Below are positions 16,840-24,219 of a stretch of DNA of 32,000 nucleotides, piece by piece. Source of the stretch: Nitrospira sp. (GTDB lineage: Bacteria; Nitrospirota; Nitrospiria; Nitrospirales; Nitrospiraceae); contig OZ245008.1 in the NCBI GenBank assembly GCA_965223625.1, forward strand, positions 1,039,170 to 1,071,169, in the 5' to 3' direction. The stretch's first letter is position 1, and every line of letters starts with the position of its first letter. The notes beneath the pieces were generated by a model. It worked only from the letters and a program-made list of their open reading frames with translations, searched no databases and was not told the origin of the DNA. Made by a program: the position numbers and the translations under genes.

Positions 16840-17262
16840 ATGCTGAAACCCATCGGCGTAAGCCGTATTCTCTTCATCCTCGTATTGACCGGCTGTAGCG
16901 TGTTTTCAAAAGTGGATACGCCGACGCGTGTTCATGATATCCACATCAACGGCCAAGACTCGATTACGCCCCTCGAGCTGTATGTCGCCGTGGGAGAAGA
17001 AATCCGGTGGCATAATCAACTCTCAGTTCCGATTCATCTTGGATTGCTGGGGGTCAAGCCGATCGAGGAAGCACGCTGCGACAAGGGATTCAAGACATGG
17101 TTCGGATCGATTAAGGATATGATTACGATCCCACCGGGCGATTATGTCAGCGTGTGTTTTCTGCACGCTCGAACGGTCCGGTACAATGTTTGGACGGATA
17201 TTACCGACCCCTTCCATTCGATGAGTCCGACGGCAACTATTCATCTGGACGAGTCGGCGTGA
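16840..17262 (+). CDS. Lipoprotein with cupredoxin-like sequence pattern (no complete Cu site)
   Basis: MLKPIGVSRILFILVLTGC carries a lipobox (VLTGC). P.ELYVAVGEEIRWHNQ...PIH and PGDYVSVCFLH resemble cupredoxin strands, but the Cys-His is not followed by a Met. The start is ATG 16840 (AAGGA 8 nt upstream) or ATG 16834. Confidence 0.6.
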   Translation: MLKPIGVSRILFILVLTGCSVFSKVDTPTRVHDIHINGQDSITPLELYVAVGEEIRWHNQLSVPIHLGLLGVKPIEEARCDKGFKTWFGSIKDMITIPPGDYVSVCFLHARTVRYNVWTDITDPFHSMSPTATIHLDESA

Positions 17263-17305
17263 TGGTAAGGGGGATACATTGCCAACCTGGTGTAAGGAGG
17301 AAGGG

Positions 17306-18256
17306 ATGAGGACGTTTGTGCGCCAAATTGTGATCGTCGCCTGTGCCTATGGGGTAAGCCTTGGATCGGCGCCGGACATCAGAGCCTATGAAGAGATTGC
17401 TCTCTCCGACAGCGGATCGCTCTCAGGGACCGTCAATCTCGACGGCAAAGTGCCGATGCCGAAGGGGTACAATCTCACAACCGTGCCGGACCCGGTCTAC
17501 TGTGGGCGTATCTCCGATGGGAGAGGTTGGAGATTGCTGCAGCCTTTTGACGTCGGACAGAAGGGGGAGTTTCGGAGCGTCGTCGTGTATCTTGACGGAA
17601 TCGACAAAGGAAAGCCGTTCGGCGAGTATACGCCTCCGAGAATCGAAGCCGTCGACTGTCGCTTTATGCCGTTCATCAATGTCGTGCGCGATCTCCACGA
17701 TGTCGTCGTCGTCAACATGGATCCTGCCTTTCACGACATTCAAGCCTACGAGACATCGAACTTGGGGCCTCGCGTCTTGTTCAATCTTCCATTGCCGATC
17801 AGCAAACGATATCCGCGTGAGGCCGGGTTGAGCGCGCATTTCCATAAGCATTACGAAGGGGCCACCGTGACTCAACTGGTCAAGATGACGAGAGACCGGA
17901 AGATTTTTACCATGCAATGCGGATTCCATCCGTATATGGAAAGTTGGGCATTGGTTGCCGACCATCCGTATTACGCAGTGACCGACAAGGAAGGACGGTT
18001 CCAGTTCACCGACATTCCACCCGGCACCTATAAGGTGAAAGTCTGGCATCCGTACATCCGGGACGACATCGAGCAGACGATCTCGATTGAACCGAAGAAA
18101 CAGACGAGCGTGAATCTGACGGTTGAGGCACCGACCGGTCGGCTCTATGCCAACCAAATGGTCGAGAATGCCTATGTGCGGTACACGATTACCGAGGACG
18201 TGCAGAGTCAAATCGTACCGACGTTGGAAAAACAACAGATCACCGACAATCAGTGA
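17306..18256 (+). CDS. Exported type-1 copper (cupredoxin) domain protein with C-terminal carboxypeptidase-regulatory-like (Ig-like) domain
   Basis: ATG 17306 is preceded by AAGGAGG, and the N-terminus looks like a signal peptide. VVVVNMDPAFHDIQ supplies the upstream His, and MQCGFHPYM gives C-x2-H-x2-M (Cys codon at 17918-17920), the amicyanin-type T1Cu ligand set. PYYAVTDKEGRFQFTDIPPGTYKVKVWHP is the CarboxypepD_reg-like tail. Confidence 0.7.
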   Translation: MRTFVRQIVIVACAYGVSLGSAPDIRAYEEIALSDSGSLSGTVNLDGKVPMPKGYNLTTVPDPVYCGRISDGRGWRLLQPFDVGQKGEFRSVVVYLDGIDKGKPFGEYTPPRIEAVDCRFMPFINVVRDLHDVVVVNMDPAFHDIQAYETSNLGPRVLFNLPLPISKRYPREAGLSAHFHKHYEGATVTQLVKMTRDRKIFTMQCGFHPYMESWALVADHPYYAVTDKEGRFQFTDIPPGTYKVKVWHPYIRDDIEQTISIEPKKQTSVNLTVEAPTGRLYANQMVENAYVRYTITEDVQSQIVPTLEKQQITDNQ

Positions 18257-18276
18257 TCTGGTCCAGCTAGAACTAG

Positions 18277-19450
18277 GGAAGGTCTGATTAATTCACCGTT
18301 TCAGTCAGAAATTTGTTCCCCCAGTGATGTGCAGCGGCTGTCCGATAAGAATCCGCTGAGCCGGGAGGCGTTTTATAGGGCGCCCCCCCCCGCTAGCCCA
18401 CTGCAGCCCTGTGGGGCTACGCCCGCTATGTTCCCGCCAACAAACGGCGTCGCGCCAGATACAGATTCGTTAACCCGCAGGTGACAAAGAGCCAATTCGT
18501 ATTCTTCACACGCCCTCGGTAGCGGACCTTGGTCCACCCAAAAACGCGCTTCATCACCCCAAACACATGCTCGACCTTGGCCCGCACCTTCGACTTGGTC
18601 CGATTCCGAGCCCGCTCCACCTCACTCAGCGGTCGATGCCGATGGGCTTTTGCTTGGATGAAACTCTTCGCGTCAGGAGCCTGTTGCCAGATCACCTCAC
18701 GTGGTCCACTGTAGGCAGCATCGCCCCAGACTCGCGTCTCATTGCCGTGCAGGAGCTCCGGTAACGCTTGGCTGTCATGCACATTCGCCGCGGTCGCGGC
18801 TACTGAATGAATCAGCTTGGCCCGGCTGTCGACACCCACATGCGCCTTCATGCCGAAGTACCACTGGTTGCCCTTCTTCGTCTGGCGCATCTCTGGATCC
18901 CGCACCTTCTGGCGATTCTTCGTCGAACTGGGGGCACTGATAATGGTGGCATCCACGATGGTGCCTCGGCGGACGGTCACCCCCTGCGCCGCCAGATACG
19001 TGCCGATCCTCGTAAAGAGCTGCTTCCCCAACTCGTGGGCCTCCAGCAGATGCCGAAATTTACAGATCGTCGTCTCATCCGGCACGGGTTCGCGGCCCAG
19101 ATCAATGCCGACAAACTGCCGCATGGCGCGTGAGTCATACAGCGCTTCCTCTACCGCCGGGTCCGACAGGTTGAACCACTGTTGCAGACAATGCAGGCGC
19201 AGCATGCGTTCGATCCCGATCGGCGGACGCCCTGGTCCCTCCGCCTTGGGATACATGGGCTCGATCGCCGCCACCAGGTCCGCCCACGGCACAACGCGGT
19301 TCATTTCGTCGAGAAACCGTTCCCGACGGGTGGGTTTCCGATACGGCTCCAAGCTGGCATCGGCAAAGGTCTGTTGCTTCATGGCCGGCCTCCCATTTGG
19401 TGCTTCGCCATCCCTAGCATGAATCAGGAACGGAATAAATCAGACCTTCC
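18277..19450 (-). mobile_element. Complete IS5-family (IS5 group) insertion sequence, 1174 bp
   Basis: Terminal inverted repeats: GGAAGGTCTGATTAATTC (18277-18294) versus the reverse complement of 19433-19450, GGAAGGTCTGATTTATTC (17/18). Both start with the GGAAGGT typical of IS5. Flanking tetranucleotides CTAG (18273-18276) and CTAA (19451-19454) both fit the IS5 YTAR target. It contains a single transposase ORF. Confidence 0.9.
18426..19382 (-). CDS. IS5-family DDE transposase
   Basis: The 318-aa protein begins MKQQTFADA..EPYRKPTRRERFLDEMNRVVPWADL...GRPPIGIERMLRLHCLQQWFNLSDPAVEEALYDS, the classic IS5/IS4-superfamily N-terminus. DDE-region blocks are present (GTIVDATII, WYFGMKAHVGVD, GDAAY, VEHVFG.MK). 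Confidence 0.93.
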   Translation of the reverse strand: MKQQTFADASLEPYRKPTRRERFLDEMNRVVPWADLVAAIEPMYPKAEGPGRPPIGIERMLRLHCLQQWFNLSDPAVEEALYDSRAMRQFVGIDLGREPVPDETTICKFRHLLEAHELGKQLFTRIGTYLAAQGVTVRRGTIVDATIISAPSSTKNRQKVRDPEMRQTKKGNQWYFGMKAHVGVDSRAKLIHSVAATAANVHDSQALPELLHGNETRVWGDAAYSGPREVIWQQAPDAKSFIQAKAHRHRPLSEVERARNRTKSKVRAKVEHVFGVMKRVFGWTKVRYRGRVKNTNWLFVTCGLTNLYLARRRLLAGT

Positions 19451-19705
19451 CTAAGAGAATTCGCAAAGAGATCCGAGGAATGGCTCGTGCTCTCGATATG
19501 CCGGAGCTTTGGACAGATATTGCAGGGTTCTTCCGACGTTCAGAGTCTCTCGCGGAGAAGGTCAGGCCAAGATCGAGAAGAGGTCGTAAAAAGAAGAAAT
19601 AGATCAGGGATGTTCGAGCTGTGTAGGCAGATGCCATCAGGCCTAAAAACATGACGTATGCCTGTGAATTGGAGGTCATCCGACGACAAAGGGGAGATCG
19701 CTGAC

Positions 19706-19924
19706 ATGACAGGCAAATCTGAAGCCGTTTCGGGTGGGGAGCAAACGAAACATTGGAACGCCAGCGATCAGAGTCTCCTGTCTGCTACATTGATGGCGAC
19801 GCCAACGCAGCGGATAGCCTGGTTGGAAGAGGCGCTGCAGCTGGCCTATACCTCAGGAGTGTTGAAGCCGAGACGGTTCACCAGCAAGGAAGAGTGGGAT
19901 GCAATGGGTTCATCCCGCGGATGA
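19706..19924 (+). CDS. Small hypothetical protein (72 aa from ATG 19706)
   Basis: ORF 19658-19924. The internal ATG 19706 is preceded by AAAGGGGAG. I recognised no family. It lies in an AT-richer region next to the IS. Confidence 0.4.
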   Translation: MTGKSEAVSGGEQTKHWNASDQSLLSATLMATPTQRIAWLEEALQLAYTSGVLKPRRFTSKEEWDAMGSSRG

Positions 19925-20013
19925 GCGAGTGAGTCAAGAAAAGGTATCCGACCCTATAATGTTGCTCAAAGCGAAACCGCTGAGGCCCATGCTGACGTTA
20001 CCTAGAGGAAAGA

Positions 20014-20424
20014 GTGAAGGTAATTGAAGCTATTTCCTGGTTGCGTACCAAGGTCAACGAGTCCTATGGGGGAAGAATTGTAATCATCTCGACGCAACAA
20101 GCCGGAGATCCAGGTGAGCCTCGCAGAGTCATTGGTGTTTCAATGGATGACTCAGATTCGGAAGTGCACCTCTTGGTGAATTATTCTCCTTGGAACGAAA
20201 CGGTCCGAGCTTCAAACATGACGGTAGATGCTCTCTTGGCTCGTCTTGTTGAACTGCCGACACGGTATGAATCGTATCACCTTGTCTCCGGAACTTGGCG
20301 TGAGCTCGATGAAGAGCACGCGGCTCGCATCGACTGGCCTATAGAGAAAGTTGTGGCCATTATGAACGGAACTTATATTGCTTTTATAGAAAGACGGGAT
20401 TTTGGCTCAGGGAGTGACGGCTAG
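20014..20424 (+). CDS. Hypothetical protein (136 aa)
   Basis: GTG start is preceded by AGAGGAAA. The composition is protein-like, but no motif was recognised. GC is lower than in the flanking core genes. Confidence 0.5.
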   Translation: MKVIEAISWLRTKVNESYGGRIVIISTQQAGDPGEPRRVIGVSMDDSDSEVHLLVNYSPWNETVRASNMTVDALLARLVELPTRYESYHLVSGTWRELDEEHAARIDWPIEKVVAIMNGTYIAFIERRDFGSGSDG

Positions 20425-20537
20425 CGAGGTCAAGATACTCGAGCCGAGTAATGGTGTCGAGAATCTTTATTGGCTGTCAAAGCGTGAGACAAGTGCTGGT
20501 TGTTAGCTGATTACTCGCCTCCTTGCAAAGAATCGAT

Positions 20538-20903
20538 TTATGCTGGGACGAGGTCGAGAGCCAGCTCGGTTTGAACAGGTTGGTTGGAAACAACGGGAGC
20601 TTCGCGACCTTCGATCAGATCACTGACTCGATCGCGGACTCCCTCGGCATAGCGAAGAAACTCTATGCCGAACTGGTTGTCTTTGTGCCAGCGCACGACC
20701 GAGACCTCGACGGCAAGCGGAGATTCTGCTTGGGGCACCTCGAAATGTACGGTGAGATAGTTTCCGGGAGTCAAAGCCACGTTGCTTTGCATTCGGCAAC
20801 CCGTGGCAGAGAGATCGAAAAGGGTTCCCTCTCCGGCACCGTCGTCCGTCTGGACGCTGGCGGAATACCGCACATATTTTCTTGGGCTATTCCGTAGCCG
20901 CAT
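20538..20903 (-). CDS. PilZ domain protein (putative c-di-GMP receptor)
   Basis: R-N-S-P-R (RxxxR) near the N-terminus is followed ~24 aa later by D-L-S-A-T-G (DxSxxG), the two PilZ c-di-GMP-binding motifs. GGAGG lies 5 nt upstream of the ATG. Confidence 0.7.
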   Translation of the reverse strand: MRLRNSPRKYVRYSASVQTDDGAGEGTLFDLSATGCRMQSNVALTPGNYLTVHFEVPQAESPLAVEVSVVRWHKDNQFGIEFLRYAEGVRDRVSDLIEGREAPVVSNQPVQTELALDLVPA

Positions 20904-21141
20904 ACTTGCCTCCGTGCTAATGCCTATATCGGTCTAGCCCTAAGAAACTTAAAAGACTTGCTAGGCATTTTCTTCCCAGTGAGTGCTGCTGGAACAGGTG
21001 AAGGGCTGCTCTCCAGCCATTCCTGAGTCGTCTACAAACGGTTGCGATCGCATGTGGCGTGCTGATCAGTTCTTCACCTCCGGTGGACATAGGGACGGAT
21101 GTCACCGAGCTTGATAAAGAGCGAATGTAGTAGCATGAGTC

Positions 21142-22281
21142 ATGGGGCGAGCTGGCGTCATTTTCGTGTCCCTTGTGCTAGTCCTTGGACTTCCGCTCTT
21201 CGGCGTGTGGTTGGCCGGTGAACCGCTCGGGCGCTATCTAGACTTCCCTCCGCGCACGAATTACATAGAACATGAGCCCTTCTCCTGGCCCGTGTTCATC
21301 GCTCTGACGCTCCTGATCGCTCCGGTAGTTGGACCGATCTTCTCACGGATAGCGAGCACAAATTTTCGTTCGCCCTCCCGTCTAACTCAGCACTCAATAC
21401 TCAGCACACAGCACTGTGAATGGTCATTCCCCTGGTGGGGTTGGCTTGGAATCGGATGGACGGGCTTCTGGTGGGTGCTGGCTTGGACTCGCTTCCCTTG
21501 GATGGCATCGCTTCAGGAACATACGTTCACCCCGCTGTGGCTCGGATATATCTTGACCGTGAACGCCTGTACGTTCGCCCGTACGGGCCGCTGCATGATG
21601 TTCGATCGGCCTCGGTACTTTCTGTCGCTGTTTCCCCTCAGCGCCGGCTTCTGGTGGATCTTTGAGTATCTGAACCGCTTCGTACAGAACTGGTACTACG
21701 TCGGCGTCGGCGAGCCGTCGTCGATTGAGTACGTTGTGTTGTCCACGGTTCCCTTCTCTACGGTGCTGCCGGCCGTATTGGGCACGGCGGAGTTGCTGAC
21801 CTCCTATCCCGCCCTCTGTGCTGGCCTGGATCGGTTTAAGCCTGTTGACCTCCTTTGTGTGAAGCGGTCGAGTTGGTCGTTGTTGATCCTGTCCTGTACT
21901 GGACTCCTCGGCATCGGACTGTGGCCGAATTATCTTTTCCCACTAGTCTGGGTCGGACCGTTGCTGGTGGTGGTTTCGCTTCGGGCGTTGGCCGGGAGCT
22001 CCACGATCCTTTCACCGCTTGCTCGTGGCGATTGGCGAGGTGTGTGGGTTGCGGCACTGGCTGCGCTGCTCTGTGGATTCTTCTGGGAGTTGTGGAACTG
22101 GAAGAGTCTCGCTCATTGGGAGTACGCTATTCCCTTCGTGCATCGATTCCAACTGTTCGAGATGCCTTTGCTCGGCTACGCGGGCTATCTGCCGTTTGGG
22201 CTTGAATGTATAACGGTTGCTAACCTCTGTTTGAGTCGTCAGTTTGCCGGTGGCGTGGAGTATTACCGCTCGCGATCGTGA
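21142..22281 (+). CDS. Polytopic integral membrane protein, Trp-rich, unknown function
   Basis: The 379-aa protein has about 9-10 hydrophobic segments, with repeated FWW/FWE.WNW and EY motifs in its two halves (FWWIFEYLNRFVQNWYY and FFWELWNWKSLAHWEY). No family name recalled. Confidence 0.65.
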   Translation: MGRAGVIFVSLVLVLGLPLFGVWLAGEPLGRYLDFPPRTNYIEHEPFSWPVFIALTLLIAPVVGPIFSRIASTNFRSPSRLTQHSILSTQHCEWSFPWWGWLGIGWTGFWWVLAWTRFPWMASLQEHTFTPLWLGYILTVNACTFARTGRCMMFDRPRYFLSLFPLSAGFWWIFEYLNRFVQNWYYVGVGEPSSIEYVVLSTVPFSTVLPAVLGTAELLTSYPALCAGLDRFKPVDLLCVKRSSWSLLILSCTGLLGIGLWPNYLFPLVWVGPLLVVVSLRALAGSSTILSPLARGDWRGVWVAALAALLCGFFWELWNWKSLAHWEYAIPFVHRFQLFEMPLLGYAGYLPFGLECITVANLCLSRQFAGGVEYYRSRS

Positions 22282-22297
22282 CGACTCTTCATCACGG

Positions 22298-22720
22298 ATG
22301 GCTTGTATGCCGGATCGATACCTTCTCAAACTCCTTGGAGTCATTGCGCTTCTGAATGTTCTGCATCTCGTCGACCATGTTCTCCGTGGGGATTTTCACT
22401 GGCCAATCGATGAGCAGTCGGGTGGGTTTCTCGTCGTGGCCACAGTCATTTTGGGTGGTCTAGCGCTTGGCGTATGGTTTTATCGAGCAGGCTGGGTGGG
22501 ACCACGGTTTTGGGCGATTGTCGGAGTGCTGGGGGTAGGACTCGGTTGGTTCTCGCATTTCAGTCCGATGACTGACCAGCCTGTGTCGGTTATCTACCAG
22601 GGGTATGCTAAGCCATGGGCAGGAGCCTTGGCGGTCGGTTCTTTATTTCTGCTCATGTTGTCTGTGTTGGGAGCAACGGTGTACGCAGGGTATCTGTGGA
22701 AGCGAGAGCGTTCGTCCTAA
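22298..22720 (+). CDS. Small 4-TM membrane protein
   Basis: ATG 22298 lies 17 nt after the upstream stop. Four hydrophobic helices are present, with a His-rich loop HLVDHVLRGDFHW. The ORF-track start at 22244 would overlap the upstream gene. Confidence 0.55.
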   Translation: MACMPDRYLLKLLGVIALLNVLHLVDHVLRGDFHWPIDEQSGGFLVVATVILGGLALGVWFYRAGWVGPRFWAIVGVLGVGLGWFSHFSPMTDQPVSVIYQGYAKPWAGALAVGSLFLLMLSVLGATVYAGYLWKRERSS

Positions 22721-22740
22721 CCGGGCAAAGCGGCGAGCTT

Positions 22741-23373
22741 CTATCTCATTTCCGTCCAGAGACCCGTTTGTGAACGGAAGGCCAGTTGGCGCACGTTCGT
22801 TCGAACCACGGCAGCGTCATTGGTCTGATCGATGGACTGCACCAGCTCATTCGGCGACAAGCGGACCCAGAAGAAGCCTCCAGTAAATGCGGAAATGGCC
22901 AGTGCTCGTTCGGAAGTCACCACAACCATCACATGGCCACGGCCGCGTAATTGCCTCACCGTTTCGTTTGGTCCCAACGCTTCGCTGAACCAATGGCCAC
23001 GACTTTCTTGAAACCCATGGAGTCGGCGATTGGTCTGGACAATGATCAGGCGAGGCAATATCTGAAGGTGTTCGACACGCTCCTCCACCTCCAAGTGCAC
23101 CTCGGTCCATCGGTGTAATCCAGAGGAAAATCCCAAGAGTCGGCGGGAAGTTTGAGCGAACCCTGCCGGTCCCTGAGCCGCCGTGGTGACAATGGTTTCA
23201 TTGACTCCCAACGCTTCTTCCACGGGGCTTCCTCCTCCCGGGAGCGCCACCACCTTATCTTTGACGACTGTGATTAGGACATCGATAGGGCGAACTTGTG
23301 CGGAGACAGGACTTGAGCAAAGGGCCACGATGAGGATGAGAAGCAGCATGGAGTGAAGGGTAGGGTAGAGCAT
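22741..23373 (-). CDS. Secreted protein built from five tandem 39-aa repeats
   Basis: Signal peptide MLLLILIVALCSSPVSAQ. Residues 36-210 divide into 39-aa units sharing T-(S/N)-x-R-x-L-x-F ... W ... L-x-x-N-E-x-V ... followed by a hydrophobic strand. No family recognised. Confidence 0.65.
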   Translation of the reverse strand: MLYPTLHSMLLLILIVALCSSPVSAQVRPIDVLITVVKDKVVALPGGGSPVEEALGVNETIVTTAAQGPAGFAQTSRRLLGFSSGLHRWTEVHLEVEERVEHLQILPRLIIVQTNRRLHGFQESRGHWFSEALGPNETVRQLRGRGHVMVVVTSERALAISAFTGGFFWVRLSPNELVQSIDQTNDAAVVRTNVRQLAFRSQTGLWTEMR

Positions 23374-23596
23374 CCGAATCCATCGTGAGCAGCCGGTTCA
23401 ACGCAGTCGTGTCATATTCATCATACAGGGAGTCGAGCCTGGGCGTCTTCATGCGACGCCTATCTTCGTGGGGCAGCGTTGTCGAGCGGGAGGACTCTGA
23501 CGGTCTAGAGGGTGTCCCATGGCGGAAGACGAGGAAGCCGTCGGCCTTAAAGGGTCGACGGCTTTTCTTCATTACGACTCAATGGGTTGGACGATG

Positions 23597-24028
23597 TTAC
23601 GCGGAGGGCAACGTCAGGAGCTTCTTCATTTCACAGTGAGCAAGCACGACATCGGGTGCCCGCTGGAGTGCTTCATAGTAGCTCCGCTCATACCCATCAC
23701 CGAATTCTGAAGGGCGAATCAACATCCGGATCTCCGTGAGGAGCATCGCGACCTCGTCAATGGTCGGTTGATCATGGCCATCCAATAGTTCGTCGATGCG
23801 GACGACCATGTTGGATAGGGGATGGAGCCAAGTAAACCACGGGTCGTTCATCACGAGTTGGAGGAGTTGCCCCGTGGAGTCCACACGGCCATAAATTCGT
23901 TCGTAGGTCAGCTGTTCGGCGACGATTAGGGCCTTGTGCAGGCCCAAAAGCCCGTGCCGGACATCCGTCAAGGTACGGCGGAGCGCGTTCGTTTCTCGAA
24001 TCTGTGTTTGTTTGGATGAGAGTGCCAT
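23597..24028 (-). CDS. Hypothetical helical protein (143 aa)
   Basis: Clean ORF with protein-like composition (LLQLVMNDPWFTWLHPLSNMVVRIDELL). It has no SD and a possible leaderless start (see the promoter feature at 24036-24044). Confidence 0.6.
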   Translation of the reverse strand: MALSSKQTQIRETNALRRTLTDVRHGLLGLHKALIVAEQLTYERIYGRVDSTGQLLQLVMNDPWFTWLHPLSNMVVRIDELLDGHDQPTIDEVAMLLTEIRMLIRPSEFGDGYERSYYEALQRAPDVVLAHCEMKKLLTLPSA

Positions 24029-24035
24029 AAGGGTA

Positions 24036-24044
24036 ATTCTACCA
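24036..24044 (-). promoter_or_regulatory. Extended -10 element (TGGTAGAAT) placed 7 nt upstream of the ATG of the 143-aa gene; possible leaderless mRNA
   Basis: The reverse complement of 24036-24044 is TGGTAGAAT (TGn + TAGAAT). Only TACCCTT separates it from ATG 24028-24026, and no Shine-Dalgarno is present. Confidence 0.3.
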
Positions 24045-24219
24045 GCTCAATTTAAAAATGGGGTTGGGACCTTTGTCATCCTGGGCGACGTACTGGATTC
24101 CTTATCGGATCTACGATCTGTGTTCTAAAGTCATAATTGCGATTCATGCGAGGTTTTTATCCGAGGCCATTACAGACCAAGTAGGGGCTGTGCGATGTAT
24201 CACCCTCGATTGTGCTGCA

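Noticed and set aside
16293-16877. ORFs 16293-16562 (+), 16451-16690 (-) and 16632-16877 (-) inside the amoC upstream region.
   Set aside because: They overlap one another, lack RBSs, have odd composition, and lie in AT-rich DNA that looks regulatory.
19440-19679. Minus-strand 79-aa ORF running into the right IR of the IS, considered as a gene truncated or extended by the insertion.
   Set aside because: Removing the IS would end the frame at the CTAG target anyway, only four codons earlier. The sequence (FFFLRPLLDLGLTFSARDSERRKNP...) is not convincing as a protein. It is kept only as a caveat to the IS finding.
20917-21105. Minus-strand 62-aa ORF in the PilZ/membrane-protein divergent region.
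   Set aside because: It has no RBS, an unconvincing composition, and sits where two divergent promoters are expected.
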